Shown: positions 1 to 10,931 of the stretch, piece by piece
How the letters are laid out: every line of letters starts with the position of its first letter
Position numbering within the stretch: position 1 is the stretch's first letter
Assembly: GCA_032251195.1 (NCBI GenBank)
Contig: JAVVEX010000001.1
Span: 1-55,583 of the forward strand
Source of the DNA: Nitrosomonas sp.
GTDB taxonomy: Bacteria; Pseudomonadota; Gammaproteobacteria; Burkholderiales; Nitrosomonadaceae
Reading direction: 5' to 3'
DNA length: 55,583 nt
The notes under the pieces: generated by a model
Databases searched by the model: none
Seen by the model: the letters and a program-made list of their open reading frames with translations, nothing else
Told to the model about the DNA's origin: nothing
Made by a program: the position numbers and the translations under genes

Positions 1-2
1 GA

Positions 3-305
3 AAATCCCTAAGCGAGTTCGGTGACAAACTGGAAGGTGATGAGAAGGCAAAAATCGAGACTGCCTTGAAAGAGGCCGAAGATGCCCTGAAATTGACTGA
101 TAAGGATGCGATTGATGCTAAAACCCAGGTGCTGACGGAGGCATCACAAAAACTGGCTGAAAAAATATATGCCCAGGAACAGGCGGCGCAGCCAGGAGCG
201 GCAGGGCAGGCGGAGACCGGTGCGGGAGAAGCCAAAACGGGTGATAAGCCGGTCGAGGGTGAAGTGGTTGATGCCGAATTCGAGGAAGTCAAGGATAAAA
301 AATAG
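3..305 (+). CDS. dnaK: Chaperone DnaK, C-terminal part (truncated by window edge)
   Basis: Open frame from window start ending [14 protein letters not shown]; directly upstream of dnaJ. Confidence 0.95.
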   Translation, partial: KSLSEFGDKLEGDEKAKIETALKEAEDALKLTDKDAIDAKTQVLTEASQKLAEKIYAQEQAAQPGAAGQAETGAGEAKTGDKPVEGEVVDAEFEEVKDKK

Positions 306-530
306 TGGTGCCGGTCAGCATGAAGCTGGCGCAGTGATAAAACCATGTGAGGGAAGAGTATCCGATCTTTGAGTGCATGTTTGATTATGCCTGCATGCTG
401 TATTCCGGTTGGAAACCACAAATCCAATTCCCTCGCGCGATTAATTTATGGTGATTATGTTACAACCTATTGAATTGAAATTAAAGCCCGGTAGGACTGC
501 CGTTGCTGTTGTCTGCTGGTGGGATTTTTT

Positions 531-1643
531 ATGACCCAACGCGATTATTATGATGTGCTTGGCGTCACTCGAAATGCTGATGAAACTGATCTGAAAAAAG
601 CATATCGAAAGCTGGCAATGAAATATCATCCGGACCGTAATGCTGGCGATGCGGCGTCGGAGGAGCGATTCAAGGAAGTCAAGGAGGCTTTTGAGGTGCT
701 CTCGGATGGCAATAAACGTGCAGCTTACGACCAGTTTGGTCATGCCGGTTTAAACGGTGTGGCAGGTGGCGCTGGTGCTGGCGCGCAAGGTTTCAGCGAT
801 GCCTTCAGCGATATTTTTGGTGATCTCTTCGGAATGCGGGGAGGGCAATCCGGTGGTCAACGTGGTGCCGACCTGCGTTATAACCTGGAAATAACGCTGG
901 AAGAGGCTGCCCGAGGAACGGAAACCAAGATTCGCATTCCGAAAATGGATGTTTGCGAGACTTGTCGTGGCAGTGGTGCCAAACCAGGCTCTTCACCTGA
1001 TACATGTCCAAAATGTAATGGGCATGGCCAGATCCGGATGCAGCAGGGGTTTTTCTCAATTCAGCAGACTTGTCCGCAATGCCATGGCAGTGGCAAGGTA
1101 ATCACGGATCCCTGTCGCGATTGTCATGGATCTGGCCGCGTCAAGCGTCATAAAACCATAATGGTTAAGATCCCCGCTGGCGTGGACGAGGGAGACAGTA
1201 TTCGTTTATCCGGGGAAGGTGAAGCCGGGGTTGTCGGCAGTCCTCCTGGCGATCTATATGTCGTGATTCATTTGGCCAGCCACTCGGTTTTTCAGCGAGA
1301 AGGCAATAACCTGCATTGCGAAATTCCGACCAGTTTTGCTACCGCAGCGCTCGGTGGTGAAATAGAAGTGCCGACACTTGAAGGTCATGCTCGCATCAAA
1401 ATTCCTGCCGGCACCCAGACCGGCAAGATATTCCGTTTGCGTGGCAAAGGCATAACAGGCGTGCGTAATCATGTAACCGGTGATTTACTATGCCATGTTT
1501 CGCTGGAAACACCGGTCAATCTGACTGCTCGTCAGAAAGAGCTGCTGGAAGAGTTTGAGACGATCAGTCAGAAAGATGACTCACGTCACAGCCCCCGCGC
1601 CAAATCCTGGATGGACAAGGCACGCGAGTTTTTTAGCGAGTGA
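531..1643 (+). CDS. dnaJ: Chaperone DnaJ
   Basis: J-domain HPD motif, G/F-rich region, four CxxCxGxG repeats; ATG at 531. Confidence 0.98.
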   Translation: MTQRDYYDVLGVTRNADETDLKKAYRKLAMKYHPDRNAGDAASEERFKEVKEAFEVLSDGNKRAAYDQFGHAGLNGVAGGAGAGAQGFSDAFSDIFGDLFGMRGGQSGGQRGADLRYNLEITLEEAARGTETKIRIPKMDVCETCRGSGAKPGSSPDTCPKCNGHGQIRMQQGFFSIQQTCPQCHGSGKVITDPCRDCHGSGRVKRHKTIMVKIPAGVDEGDSIRLSGEGEAGVVGSPPGDLYVVIHLASHSVFQREGNNLHCEIPTSFATAALGGEIEVPTLEGHARIKIPAGTQTGKIFRLRGKGITGVRNHVTGDLLCHVSLETPVNLTARQKELLEEFETISQKDDSRHSPRAKSWMDKAREFFSE

Positions 1644-1695
1644 TTGTGGGCGCATTATCATTCGGGTATTTCTGGATTCAGAAATGTCCGAATGG

Positions 1696-4600
1696 TTATT
1701 TTGATGGATTGGACAAAGCTTCTGTCTGGTTGTATAAATGGACATCCAGTTGCGGGAAGGCGATATTGATGCCAGCTTCCGCAAAGCGCCGATTGATCTC
1801 CATATTGAGTTCATGGCTCAATCGTAATCTGTCGTCTATCAATCCACAAAATACTCTCAGCTCAAAATTGAGTGCGCTATCTCCAAATTGCATGAAAAAA
1901 GCGGAAGGCTGAGGGTCCTTCAGTACCATCGGATGGTTATTGGCGATTTCCAATAACAGCCTGCGGGCTGCTTCACAGTCTGTACCATAGTCAATCCCCA
2001 CCGGCAATATAATGCGGGTTATCTGATCGTTCAGCGACCAGTTGGTCAGTTGTTGCGTGATGAATGTCTTGTTGGGTACAATAATTTCCTTGCGATCGAA
2101 ATCGATCAGGGTAGTTGCGCGGATGTGAATTTTACTGACAGTTCCGGTCGTATCGTTAAGCGTTACAACATCACCCACGCGGATAGGACGTTCAAAAAGC
2201 AGGATAACGCCGGATACAAAATTGGCAAAGATTTCCTGTAATCCAAATCCCAGCCCCACCCCCAGTGCCGCCACCAGCCATTGGATGCTCGACCATTCCA
2301 CGCCCAGCGTATTAAAGGTCGCGGTAACACCCGCAACCACGATGACATACTTGAGCAGGGTTGTAATGGCATACCCGGTACCTGTATTGAGCGACAGATG
2401 GCGCAGCACCAAGAGTTCCAGTGTGCCGGGAAGGTTGTGTGCGGCGATAATTGCCAGACCAAATACAAGCAATGCAATCAGAAAGGATTTGAGCGTAATT
2501 GACTGTGAGATGATTTCTCCGTCGATTTGTGAGGATGTTTGCCAGAGCGTAATCTTTTCAAGAAAGCCGAGCGCAGGCAAAATATCAATCCAGATACTTC
2601 CGAGCGCAGTGATCAGCAGCCCCCAGATCCCGATTTTTAATAAGGTTGCGGATTGCTTGCTGATGGTCTTGACATCGACATAATTTTCATCAATCCAGTC
2701 AGCGTCACTTTTATCCGTTTGTGCGCGCTGTGCCTGGATTTCCTCTCTTTTTTCAACAGCCCGCTTGTAAGCAATCTGCCGCTGGGTGATCAGCAGGCTG
2801 CGTGAACCAACGTAATAGAGCAAGGTAAAGAAAGTAATCCAGCTGAGTGATTGAAAGACCAGAATGTATTGATAAACCGAGGCAAAATAATACCCGATCA
2901 ATGCCATCGTGATCATATAGCCCTGCAACAGAAACAGGGCAGTCATCCAGTACCACGGATGCCACACCGGATTGATCGTGATGTTATAAGCCCTTTTGGC
3001 GGCCTGACCTATCCCCATCCAGCCTGCTGCCAGTATCGCCAATGACAGGCAAAGCAGCACAAAGGCCAACCGGCCAAGTGTGTTATGAATCAGATCATCA
3101 TCCAGACCATCCGTAAAAGCGATAAAAATACTGAGTATGATGACAAAGGGGGCGAACCGCTGAATATCACGATACATTTTGCTGACCAGCTTTTCATCAC
3201 ATTTGAATTGCTGATTCAGCAGCCCATCGGAGCGGAACAACAGCAGCAGAAATACCCAGCTGAAAACCGAGATAGCGGCAACATGCAAACTGGCGGTTAT
3301 GGCGAGCTTTATTTCTGTCGATGAGCCATTCTCAATAATAATTGCAGCTAATTGCAACGGCAGAAAGAAATATCCTGCCACCAGAACACAATTTGCCAGC
3401 ATTCCGAATGGATAGATCAATCTGTCCTGGTTGACTTTTCCGCGCAGGCTGTTGCCCATCGCTTCCCAGCGCAAATATGCTGGCCAGTATAGCCATCTGA
3501 ACAGGGCGAGGAGCAAGGTAAAAACGGTAAATATTGTTGCCAATTTCTGCGACGAAGAATTGATTATTTTGTCGAATGTATGTTTTATGTTGAGAGAGCC
3601 AAACTGGCTGATTGCATCGTAAAAATCCTGTGGCGTTAACATGGTTACAGGTCTGGCGCTGCGGGTAACCAGCAGGTTTTCCCGTAGTAGAACTTGGTGT
3701 TGCTCTATTTTTTCGGCCAACTGATTCTGAATAGTGAGGTAAAACTGCAGCTCCTTGATATGGTTTTGTAGCACATCGGCATACTGGTCAGTGATTTGTT
3801 CATGTGATTGTTTTAATTTCTGGAAAGTGTCAACCAGTTCTTTGTATCCAGTGGAATCGGCAGGGGGTATTTTCACATTTCCGAGGAAACGTCGCAGGCT
3901 CTTTGTTTTATCCATTATTTGCAATCGCTCCTGTTCCAGCTGGTACAAATCGAGCTTTGCGGTGTTCAGTTCTCGTTCGGTCTGTGCAATATTGGGCGTA
4001 GCCATGATTTTCTTGAACTGTTTTTTGATTTGCGTGCCGAGGTCGGCACCCTCTCCCTTGAGTTCGAGTCGTTGCTGTAACGCGCTGTGACTTTGGGTAA
4101 CAAGTGCCAGGCGATCTTCATCACGAGCTTTTCTGCTGGTGAGCTGTTTGGCGCGCCTGGCGTAGTCACTTAACTTTTTCGCCAATAATTTATTATCTAG
4201 CGCTAATTGCTTTAGTTCCGGATGCTGCCGGGTTTCTTCGTCGGAAAGTTGTTCGGATTGTTCGACGACCTGTCTGGTCTCGGTCATGCGTTTGTGACTG
4301 ATTTCGCTGGTCAGTTGCTCAATTTGTCGGGACATACCCTCAATTTGTGGAACAAGCAGCAGTTTTTCCTGCAGGGAGATAATTTCCGTAGCGTACGGCA
4401 GTATCAGCATCTCCAGCTCCAGCATTCTGGTCTTATCGGTCAACGCGTCAAGCTGAGCGTCACGAAGATCGGAAAGCGCTTCCAAAATGGTTTTATCGGT
4501 ATCCTTTGCGTTGATTGTCTTCTCGTTCAGCGTATTGCGCAGCCTGGTGATGGATGCCAATTCTTCCTGAATACCATCCATGCGTTGGCGTAACTGTGTC

Positions 4601-5031
4601 TGGTCAGAAACAGACTTTTGTTGCTGATTTTTTAATTCCGACAAACTGGCTTTGGTGGTAACAAATTGTCGCTCCAGTTCATTCAACGTCAATTTGGCTA
4701 ATTCCTCGGCAGTGAGGACGGCTTCTGATGGAATTTTACGCTGCCTCAGTGTCGCAATTTGCTGGGGATAATTTTCTAGTTGCTGTGAGTAGGTGTCTGT
4801 TTTGTCAATATAATTAAGGTGATCACGTAGCACTTGCAAGTGTTGACCGATTATTTCACGTAACTTTCTTTTTTGTAGGGCTTCTTCAGCATTGCTTTCA
4901 CCCAAGGCATCGAATTTTGCCTGCATCGCCTGGAGTTTGTCATCAAGCTTGCCAGCGTAACAAGTTGTTATAGCTGTCATGGCTAGCAACGTTAATAAAA
5001 CCAGGGCAACAACGGGAAAATATTTATTCAT
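1696..5031 (-). CDS. Large MscS-family mechanosensitive channel (MscK/KefA-like)
   Basis: Signal peptide, long coiled-coil periplasmic part, multiple TM helices, GLGFGLQEIFANFVSG...IRVGD and terminal IAFPQLDVH motifs. Confidence 0.9.
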   Translation of the reverse strand: MNKYFPVVALVLLTLLAMTAITTCYAGKLDDKLQAMQAKFDALGESNAEEALQKRKLREIIGQHLQVLRDHLNYIDKTDTYSQQLENYPQQIATLRQRKIPSEAVLTAEELAKLTLNELERQFVTTKASLSELKNQQQKSVSDQTQLRQRMDGIQEELASITRLRNTLNEKTINAKDTDKTILEALSDLRDAQLDALTDKTRMLELEMLILPYATEIISLQEKLLLVPQIEGMSRQIEQLTSEISHKRMTETRQVVEQSEQLSDEETRQHPELKQLALDNKLLAKKLSDYARRAKQLTSRKARDEDRLALVTQSHSALQQRLELKGEGADLGTQIKKQFKKIMATPNIAQTERELNTAKLDLYQLEQERLQIMDKTKSLRRFLGNVKIPPADSTGYKELVDTFQKLKQSHEQITDQYADVLQNHIKELQFYLTIQNQLAEKIEQHQVLLRENLLVTRSARPVTMLTPQDFYDAISQFGSLNIKHTFDKIINSSSQKLATIFTVFTLLLALFRWLYWPAYLRWEAMGNSLRGKVNQDRLIYPFGMLANCVLVAGYFFLPLQLAAIIIENGSSTEIKLAITASLHVAAISVFSWVFLLLLFRSDGLLNQQFKCDEKLVSKMYRDIQRFAPFVIILSIFIAFTDGLDDDLIHNTLGRLAFVLLCLSLAILAAGWMGIGQAAKRAYNITINPVWHPWYWMTALFLLQGYMITMALIGYYFASVYQYILVFQSLSWITFFTLLYYVGSRSLLITQRQIAYKRAVEKREEIQAQRAQTDKSDADWIDENYVDVKTISKQSATLLKIGIWGLLITALGSIWIDILPALGFLEKITLWQTSSQIDGEIISQSITLKSFLIALLVFGLAIIAAHNLPGTLELLVLRHLSLNTGTGYAITTLLKYVIVVAGVTATFNTLGVEWSSIQWLVAALGVGLGFGLQEIFANFVSGVILLFERPIRVGDVVTLNDTTGTVSKIHIRATTLIDFDRKEIIVPNKTFITQQLTNWSLNDQITRIILPVGIDYGTDCEAARRLLLEIANNHPMVLKDPQPSAFFMQFGDSALNFELRVFCGLIDDRLRLSHELNMEINRRFAEAGINIAFPQLDVHLYNQTEALSNPSK

Positions 5032-5066
5032 GAATTTCTATGATTTGCAATTAAAAAATAGCCGGG

Positions 5067-5225
5067 GAGACTGTCCGGGAATAGCGATCGTAGCGAGAAC
5101 AAAGCTGGCTGCGCTGGATTTTTGAATCATTTGAGGCGAGTAGTGGTTTTTTTAACAAAAAGAATTGGAAAACCCTGTTTGTGCCGGGTTTGTCCGCAGT
5201 AGATCTGGCGATTTCCGGACGCATC
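5067..5225 (+). mobile_element. MITE-like repeat, family B (apparently full length)
   Basis: Imperfect terminal inverted repeats GAGACTGTCCGGGAAT / ATTTCCGGACGCATC; shares AGCGAG.ACAAAGCTGGCT with the copy at 7270-7347 and GTCCGCAGTAGA with 44765-44843. Confidence 0.7.
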
Positions 5226-5362
5226 CGGGTATACCCTGAGCCATCAGCGTCATGTGAGTGTAACCGTGCCGCCATATTATAACCGCATGGTTACCATGTG
5301 CCAGTGTATCGACTAACCATGGATTTTTTTAAATGATCGGTGGATATTTTAGGCTTGAACCA

Positions 5363-5400
5363 GAATGTGACATATTGTCGCGCGACAATATGTCACATTC
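5363..5400. promoter_or_regulatory. Perfect 38-bp palindrome made of two GYGACA-N3-TGTCRC sites; putative transcription-factor operator
   Basis: GAATGTGACATATTGTCGC|GCGACAATATGTCACATTC is its own reverse complement. Confidence 0.6.
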
Positions 5401-5483
5401 CAAAATCATATTTTTCTTTTTACAATATGTTTTGCATTCCAGATAAGGGATGCTGTGATGATCTTTCTGAAGGAGTCTATGCC

Positions 5484-5693
5484 ATGATTTTCCTATTGAC
5501 TGATAAAGTTTCGCAAGAGGTCAAAAATTACCCTATTGCTCTCAATATCAACATGCCTGCGCGCAAGGGCCAGACATCGCTTGACACAAAAAAACGGACT
5601 GATAAAGATAAAGCTGCTGTCAGGATGCAAGATCCGTTACTGCCCGATGCGCAGTGGCATCGCAGTAAGGCAGCCCGGTTCTCGCAATATTGA
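5484..5693 (+). CDS. Possible small hypothetical protein (69 aa)
   Basis: AAGGAG 8 nt upstream of ATG 5484; no recognisable domain. Confidence 0.3.
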   Translation: MIFLLTDKVSQEVKNYPIALNINMPARKGQTSLDTKKRTDKDKAAVRMQDPLLPDAQWHRSKAARFSQY

Positions 5694-5740
5694 TCTCGCG
5701 GTCGCAAAGGAACGAAGCGACTTATTTCTGATTCGATAAA

Positions 5741-5881
5741 GGGCATCTTTAAAAATTCAGAATTTTAAACAAGACGAGGCAGGGACAAAAGATATTGATG
5801 CAGCATATGCTTGATAGGTAAGCAGATATTTTTTGTGAATAACGACGTATTGTAACGAAATATGGATTTCTGGAGATGCCC
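5741..5881 (+). mobile_element. MITE-like repeat, family A (~140 bp)
   Basis: Terminal inverted repeats GGGCATCTTTAAAAATTC / GATTTCTGGAGATGCCC; aligns along its length with copies at 10749, 26133, 27497 and 42457. Confidence 0.85.
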
Positions 5882-5918
5882 TGAAGTAATGCCACAATTT
5901 AACAGGAGGATGAGCCCC

Positions 5919-6791
5919 ATGAAAATACCTTCCAGAATGGAACCGCTGGTCGAGGAAGGGCTGGTTGATTCGGTTGTCTGTCAGCTGATGAGCGGCAAAG
6001 AGGCAATGCTATACGTTGTGCAATGTGGAGAGGAATATCGTTGCGCTAAAGTATACAAGGAAAAACAGAAACGAAATTTTCGGCAGAATTCATGTTATCT
6101 GGAAGGGCGCGAAATCAGACGCTATCGCCGTAGCCGTTTCATGCGAAGCAGTAACAGTTTTATGAAAACTATCAGGGATGATGCCTGGCATAGCGTGGAA
6201 GTGGACACGCTGGGCAGACTTGCCGCTGCCAGCGTGTCTGCTCCAAAATTCTATAACTTCTTTGAAGGTGTGCTTCTGATGGAGTTAATCGTGGATAGTA
6301 ATGGTAACGTTGCGCCTGGATTAAACCAGCTGAAGCTGACAGCAGACCAGGCCAGAGTTTGTCATGGCTTTCTCGTCCAACAAGTGGTTCGTATGCTCTG
6401 CAGCGGCATTGTGCACGGTGATCTTTCTGGATACAACGTGCTGATCGGGAGTATGGGTCCGGTTATCATTGATTTTCCACAAGCCATTCATGCCGCGCAC
6501 AACAGCAGTGCAGAAGCAATCCTCAAGCGCGATGTGAAAAATATCACGACCTGCCTGAGCAGATTTGCTCCCGAGCTTGCCTATACTGACTACGGTAGTG
6601 AAATCTGGTCGTTATATCAAGCAGGCAAGTTGCATCTGGGTGTCAACCTTACTGGACAAATAGAGCTGCGTCGCAAACCGGTCAATTTGGATGGTGTATT
6701 GGGCGCGATTGATGTTGCTATAAAAAAAGAAGCCGCCTGGCAGCGCTACAAAAATGAACGCTGGACCAGCGAGAGGGTATGGCAATACTGA
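5919..6791 (+). CDS. RIO1-family serine/threonine protein kinase
   Basis: SGKEA, AKVY, HGDLSGYNVL and IIDFPQ motifs; AGGAGGA RBS before ATG 5919. Confidence 0.9.
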   Translation: MKIPSRMEPLVEEGLVDSVVCQLMSGKEAMLYVVQCGEEYRCAKVYKEKQKRNFRQNSCYLEGREIRRYRRSRFMRSSNSFMKTIRDDAWHSVEVDTLGRLAAASVSAPKFYNFFEGVLLMELIVDSNGNVAPGLNQLKLTADQARVCHGFLVQQVVRMLCSGIVHGDLSGYNVLIGSMGPVIIDFPQAIHAAHNSSAEAILKRDVKNITTCLSRFAPELAYTDYGSEIWSLYQAGKLHLGVNLTGQIELRRKPVNLDGVLGAIDVAIKKEAAWQRYKNERWTSERVWQY

Positions 6792-6946
6792 TCCCAGCCT
6801 AGCTCCGACTTCATCATGGTAAGGAGAAGAGAATTATCTTTTGTTTTATTGATGAGCGAATACGTAAACATTTTAATTTGTTTTGACAAAAACGAGAAAT
6901 GTAGTTAAATGTAGACCGTTGTTTTCTATTTCTTAGGGGGATAAAA

Positions 6947-7225
6947 ATGTTACGTATTAATATTACTGGTTTGCTGCTGATAGCGGGATTGGTTTTGTCT
7001 GGTTGCGCGACAACAGATGAGTTTAATTCACTTAAATCTCGTGTAGACGCGCTTGAAGCCGGAGTTTCCCAATCACAGTCAGATGCTGCTGCCGCACGTG
7101 CCACTGCAAACAACGCTGTTGATACGGCGAATCGGGCCATGGATAAAGCCAATGAAGCGAATGCGCGCTCTATTGATACCGAAACAAAAATTGATCGCAT
7201 GTTTAAGCGTGCGATGCATAAATAA
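6947..7225 (+). CDS. Lpp/OprI-like alanine-zipper outer-membrane lipoprotein
   Basis: Lipobox LSGC, Ala-rich heptads, C-terminal KIDRMFKRAMHK. Confidence 0.85.
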   Translation: MLRINITGLLLIAGLVLSGCATTDEFNSLKSRVDALEAGVSQSQSDAAAARATANNAVDTANRAMDKANEANARSIDTETKIDRMFKRAMHK

Positions 7226-7239
7226 TAAATAGCATGATT

Positions 7240-7283
7240 TGAATTGCCGCTTACTTCTCGTCGTTTGGGCGGGCGGCAATTCA
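7240..7283. terminator. Stem-loop between the convergent lipoprotein and fbaB genes
   Basis: 11-bp perfect inverted repeat TGAATTGCCGC / GCGGCAATTCA. Confidence 0.5.
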
Positions 7284-7347
7284 TTAAGTGGATATTCATC
7301 ACGAGCCAGCTTTGTCCTCGCTGCAATCACGGTTTTCGGACAGCCAC
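7270..7347 (-). mobile_element. MITE-like repeat, family B (partial)
   Basis: Reverse complement GTGGCTGTCCGAAAACCGTGATTGCAGCGAGGACAAAGCTGGCT matches the start of the 5067 element; abuts the fbaB TAG. Confidence 0.65.
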
Positions 7348-8400
7348 CTAGGCGATCGTTATGTCTTTCGACAGATAAACGTCCTGAATCGTACTCAATA
7401 GCCTGACGCCCTCAGCAAAGGGTTTCTGAAAAGCCTTGCGTCCGGAGATCAATCCCATTCCACCGGCGCGCTTATTGATTACAGCGGTACGGGTTGCCTG
7501 ATGCAGGTCATCCTTGCCGGACTCCCCGCCGGAGTTGATCATGCCGACGCGTCCCATGTAACAATTGGCTACCTGGTAGCGCACCAGATCAATCGGGTGG
7601 TCACTGGTGAGTTCACTATAGACTTTGGGGCTGGTTTTTCCAAACTTGAGCGCATTGTAGCCACCGTTGTTTTCCGCCATTTTTTGCTTGACGATATCCG
7701 CTTCGATGGTCACGGCCAGATGATTCGCCTGGCCAGTCAGGTCGGCACTGACGTGATAATCCATTTCGGGTGTTTTGAAAGCGGCATTACGCGCATAGGC
7801 CCAGAGCACCGTCGCCATGCCCAGTTCATGTGCGTGCCGGAATGCCTCTGATACTTCTTCAATCTGTCTGCGAGATTCTTCCGAGCCAAAAAAAATGGTT
7901 GCGCCAACTGCGCAGGCGCCCATATCAAATGCCTGCTCGACGCTGGCAAATAACGTCTGGTCGTATTTGTTTGGATAGGTCAGCAGCTCATTGTGGTTAA
8001 GTTTTAGAATGAATGGAATTTTATGTGCATAACGTCGTGCAACCATGCCAAGCACGCCCAATGTGGAAGCCACACCATTGCAACCACCTTCTATCGCGAG
8101 CTTGACGATATTTTCGGGATCAAAAAACTGTGGATTGGGTGCGAATGACGCACCTGCTGAATGTTCCACACCCTGATCGACTGGCAGCAGCGATAAATAG
8201 CCACTTCCTGCCAGCCGCCCATGGTTGTATAGCGCCTGCAAATTTCGTAGAACAGATGGCTTGCGATCACTCATCGCCACCACGCGATCGATAAAATCCG
8301 AACCGGGCAGGTGAAAATCAGCTTTAGGCAAGCCCTTGCAGACATGCGTCAACAATGTATCTGCTTCATTGCCAAGTAATTTTTCTATATCAGACATCAT
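7348..8400 (-). CDS. fbaB: Class I fructose-bisphosphate aldolase (DhnA type)
   Basis: [22 protein letters not shown] Schiff-base Lys, [10 protein letters not shown]. Confidence 0.95.
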   Translation of the reverse strand: MMSDIEKLLGNEADTLLTHVCKGLPKADFHLPGSDFIDRVVAMSDRKPSVLRNLQALYNHGRLAGSGYLSLLPVDQGVEHSAGASFAPNPQFFDPENIVKLAIEGGCNGVASTLGVLGMVARRYAHKIPFILKLNHNELLTYPNKYDQTLFASVEQAFDMGACAVGATIFFGSEESRRQIEEVSEAFRHAHELGMATVLWAYARNAAFKTPEMDYHVSADLTGQANHLAVTIEADIVKQKMAENNGGYNALKFGKTSPKVYSELTSDHPIDLVRYQVANCYMGRVGMINSGGESGKDDLHQATRTAVINKRAGGMGLISGRKAFQKPFAEGVRLLSTIQDVYLSKDITIA

Positions 8401-8495
8401 GGCCTCCTTGTTGGTGAGCTGGTGATGAAATTACTGCAAGTATGCCCGCTCTTTGTTACAGACGGGATATTTTCAATTTCAAGTATGGAGAATGC

Positions 8496-8526
8496 AAAAA
8501 AAGCCCACCAATAATATTGATGGGCT
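8496..8526 (-). terminator. Rho-independent terminator downstream of hppA
   Basis: Minus strand AGCCCATCAATATTATTGGTGGGC followed by a T7 tract. Confidence 0.75.
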
Positions 8527-8595
8527 GTCGGATTCCTGCCTTCTCCCGACAGGAGAAAACAGGATATCCGGTTGCGCAGGCATGGCGCTGCAAGA

Positions 8596-10653
8596 TTACA
8601 GCAGTGGAATGATCATCAGTGCTACGATATTAATAATTTTGATCAATGGGTTGATGGCAGGTCCGGCGGTATCCTTGTACGGATCACCAACGGTATCGCC
8701 AGTAACAGCCGCTTTGTGCGCTTCACTACCCTTGCCACCGTAATTACCATCCTCGATATATTTTTTGGCGTTATCCCATGCGCCACCACCAGCAGTCATG
8801 GAGATGGCAATGAACAAACCGGTAACAATCGAACCCATCAGCACTCCGCCCAGCGCCTGCGGGCCAAGGAAAACGCCTACCAATACCGGCACGAGTACGG
8901 GTAACAATGAAGGAATGATCATTTCCCTGATGGCTGATTTGGTCAACATGTCGACCGCGCGCGAATAATCAGGTTTTGCCGTGCCTTCCATGATACCCGG
9001 GATTTCACGAAATTGACGGCGAACCTCGATGACGACCGAGCTGGCTGCGCGTCCTACTGCTTCCATTGACATGGCGCCAAAGAGGAAAGGTACCATGCCG
9101 CCAATGAACAGACCGATAATCACCATATGATTGGATAAATCAAAGGTGAGAATCTTGCCTGCATGTTCCAGGCCATGCGTGTAATCGGCAAATAATACCA
9201 ATGCTGCCAATCCGGCTGAGCCAATTGCATAACCTTTGGTGACAGCCTTGGTAGTGTTGCCGACAGCATCGAGTGGGTCTGTAATGGCGCGGACTGATTC
9301 CGGCATTCCTGCCATTTCGGCAATACCGCCTGCATTGTCGGTAATTGGGCCGTAAGCGTCCAGTGCTACGATAATGCCGGTCATGGATAGCATGGCCGTG
9401 GCAGCAATGGCGATACCGTAGAGCCCGCCTAGTGAGTAAGCGACCATAATGCTGGCACAAACTGCCAGCACGGGTGCGGCCGTTGCGCGCATGGCAACAC
9501 CCAGACCAGCGATGATATTGGTTGCATGTCCGGTGGTGGAAGCGTTTGCAATGTGTTGTACCGGTGGATATTCGGTGGAAGTGTAATATTCCGTAATGAC
9601 GACCATTAAACCGGTCAGCACCAGTCCGACAGTCGCGCAGGCGAATAAACGCATGACCAGATCACCACCTGTCGATTCGATACCGTCAAGCATCAATGTG
9701 GTATCTCCCATAAACCATACGGTAACCGGAAGATAAGCGAAGAAAGCAATGCCGCCGGCAACGGCCAGACCACGGTAAAGTGCGTTCATGATCTTGCCGC
9801 CATCGCGCATCTTGACAAAATAGCAGCCGATGATGGAAGCAACAATGGAAACTGCTCCCAGCATTAATGGATAAACCACTGCGCTGCCGGTTTCGGTCTG
9901 GAACAACAAGGCTCCCAGTAGCATGGTTGCAATAATTGTCACGGCGTAGGTTTCAAACAAGTCAGCTGCCATACCGGCACAATCGCCAACGTTATCGCCA
10001 ACGTTATCAGCAATCACTGCGGGATTTCTGGGGTCATCCTCGGGGATGCCGGCTTCAACCTTGCCGACCAGATCTGCCCCAACGTCCGCGCCTTTGGTAA
10101 AAATACCGCCACCCAGACGTGCAAAGATAGAAATCAGCGAGCCACCGAAAGCAAATCCAATCAGCGGCTGGATAATGTCACTGGTTGTTGCGCCTTCAGC
10201 TGCGCCATTGAATAACAGCGCTGTGTAGCCAGCCACACCCAACAATCCAAGGCCTACCACCAGCATGCCGGTTACCGCACCTCCCCGGAAAGCGATTTCA
10301 AGTGCTTCATTTAACCCTGTCCGCGCTGCTTCAGCGGTGCGCACATTGGATTGGACCGAGACAGTCATCCCCAGGAATCCAGCCAGACCAGAGAGTACTG
10401 CGCCAAGTGCAAAACTCAGGGCAGTGCTCCAGGAAAGCGCCAGGCCGATCAGGGCGAACAGGATAAAGCCAACCATGCTGATCGTCATATATTGACGTTT
10501 AAGATAAGCCGATGCACCTTCCTGTATGGCGGCGGCAATTTCCTGCATACGCGCGTTACCGGCAGATTGGGTATAAATCCGCCGAATCCAGATGCCACTG
10601 AAAAGCAGAGCCAGTAATGCGCCGCAGATTGCAATTATTAAACCATTTACCAT
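8596..10653 (-). CDS. hppA: Membrane H+-translocating pyrophosphatase, K+-independent type
   Basis: [29 protein letters not shown] motifs; GNTTKA with Lys marks K+ independence; GGAG RBS before ATG 10653. Confidence 0.95.
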   Translation of the reverse strand: MVNGLIIAICGALLALLFSGIWIRRIYTQSAGNARMQEIAAAIQEGASAYLKRQYMTISMVGFILFALIGLALSWSTALSFALGAVLSGLAGFLGMTVSVQSNVRTAEAARTGLNEALEIAFRGGAVTGMLVVGLGLLGVAGYTALLFNGAAEGATTSDIIQPLIGFAFGGSLISIFARLGGGIFTKGADVGADLVGKVEAGIPEDDPRNPAVIADNVGDNVGDCAGMAADLFETYAVTIIATMLLGALLFQTETGSAVVYPLMLGAVSIVASIIGCYFVKMRDGGKIMNALYRGLAVAGGIAFFAYLPVTVWFMGDTTLMLDGIESTGGDLVMRLFACATVGLVLTGLMVVITEYYTSTEYPPVQHIANASTTGHATNIIAGLGVAMRATAAPVLAVCASIMVAYSLGGLYGIAIAATAMLSMTGIIVALDAYGPITDNAGGIAEMAGMPESVRAITDPLDAVGNTTKAVTKGYAIGSAGLAALVLFADYTHGLEHAGKILTFDLSNHMVIIGLFIGGMVPFLFGAMSMEAVGRAASSVVIEVRRQFREIPGIMEGTAKPDYSRAVDMLTKSAIREMIIPSLLPVLVPVLVGVFLGPQALGGVLMGSIVTGLFIAISMTAGGGAWDNAKKYIEDGNYGGKGSEAHKAAVTGDTVGDPYKDTAGPAINPLIKIINIVALMIIPLL

Positions 10654-10748
10654 AAAAAACTCCAATTAAAATCAGACCAAACCAAATAAACATGCAACCC
10701 GGCCTGGGAGTTGCACGTCAATTTACAATTACAACGTTCCATTCTATA

Positions 10749-10891
10749 GGGCATCTCTAAAAATTCAAGAATTTAAACAAAACGTGCTGCGAACAAAAAA
10801 TATTGAAGCATCATATAACTGATAGATAGAGAAATATTTTTTGCGAGCAACAAAAATTGTTGTGATGAAAATTGTATCTTTAGAAATGCCC
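10749..10891 (+). mobile_element. MITE-like repeat, family A
   Basis: GGGCATCTCTAAAAATTC ... TTTAGAAATGCCC; internal similarity to the 5741 copy. Confidence 0.8.
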
Positions 10892-10931
10892 GGTAGGTTT
10901 ATTGTGGCTAATAGAGTGTGTGAATCACGAA

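Noticed and set aside
5366-5397. CRP/FNR site within the 38-bp palindrome
   Set aside because: TGTGA and TCACA are 22 bp apart rather than 6
6814-7326. 170-aa minus-strand ORF
   Set aside because: Antisense to the lipoprotein gene, and it starts inside a repeat element
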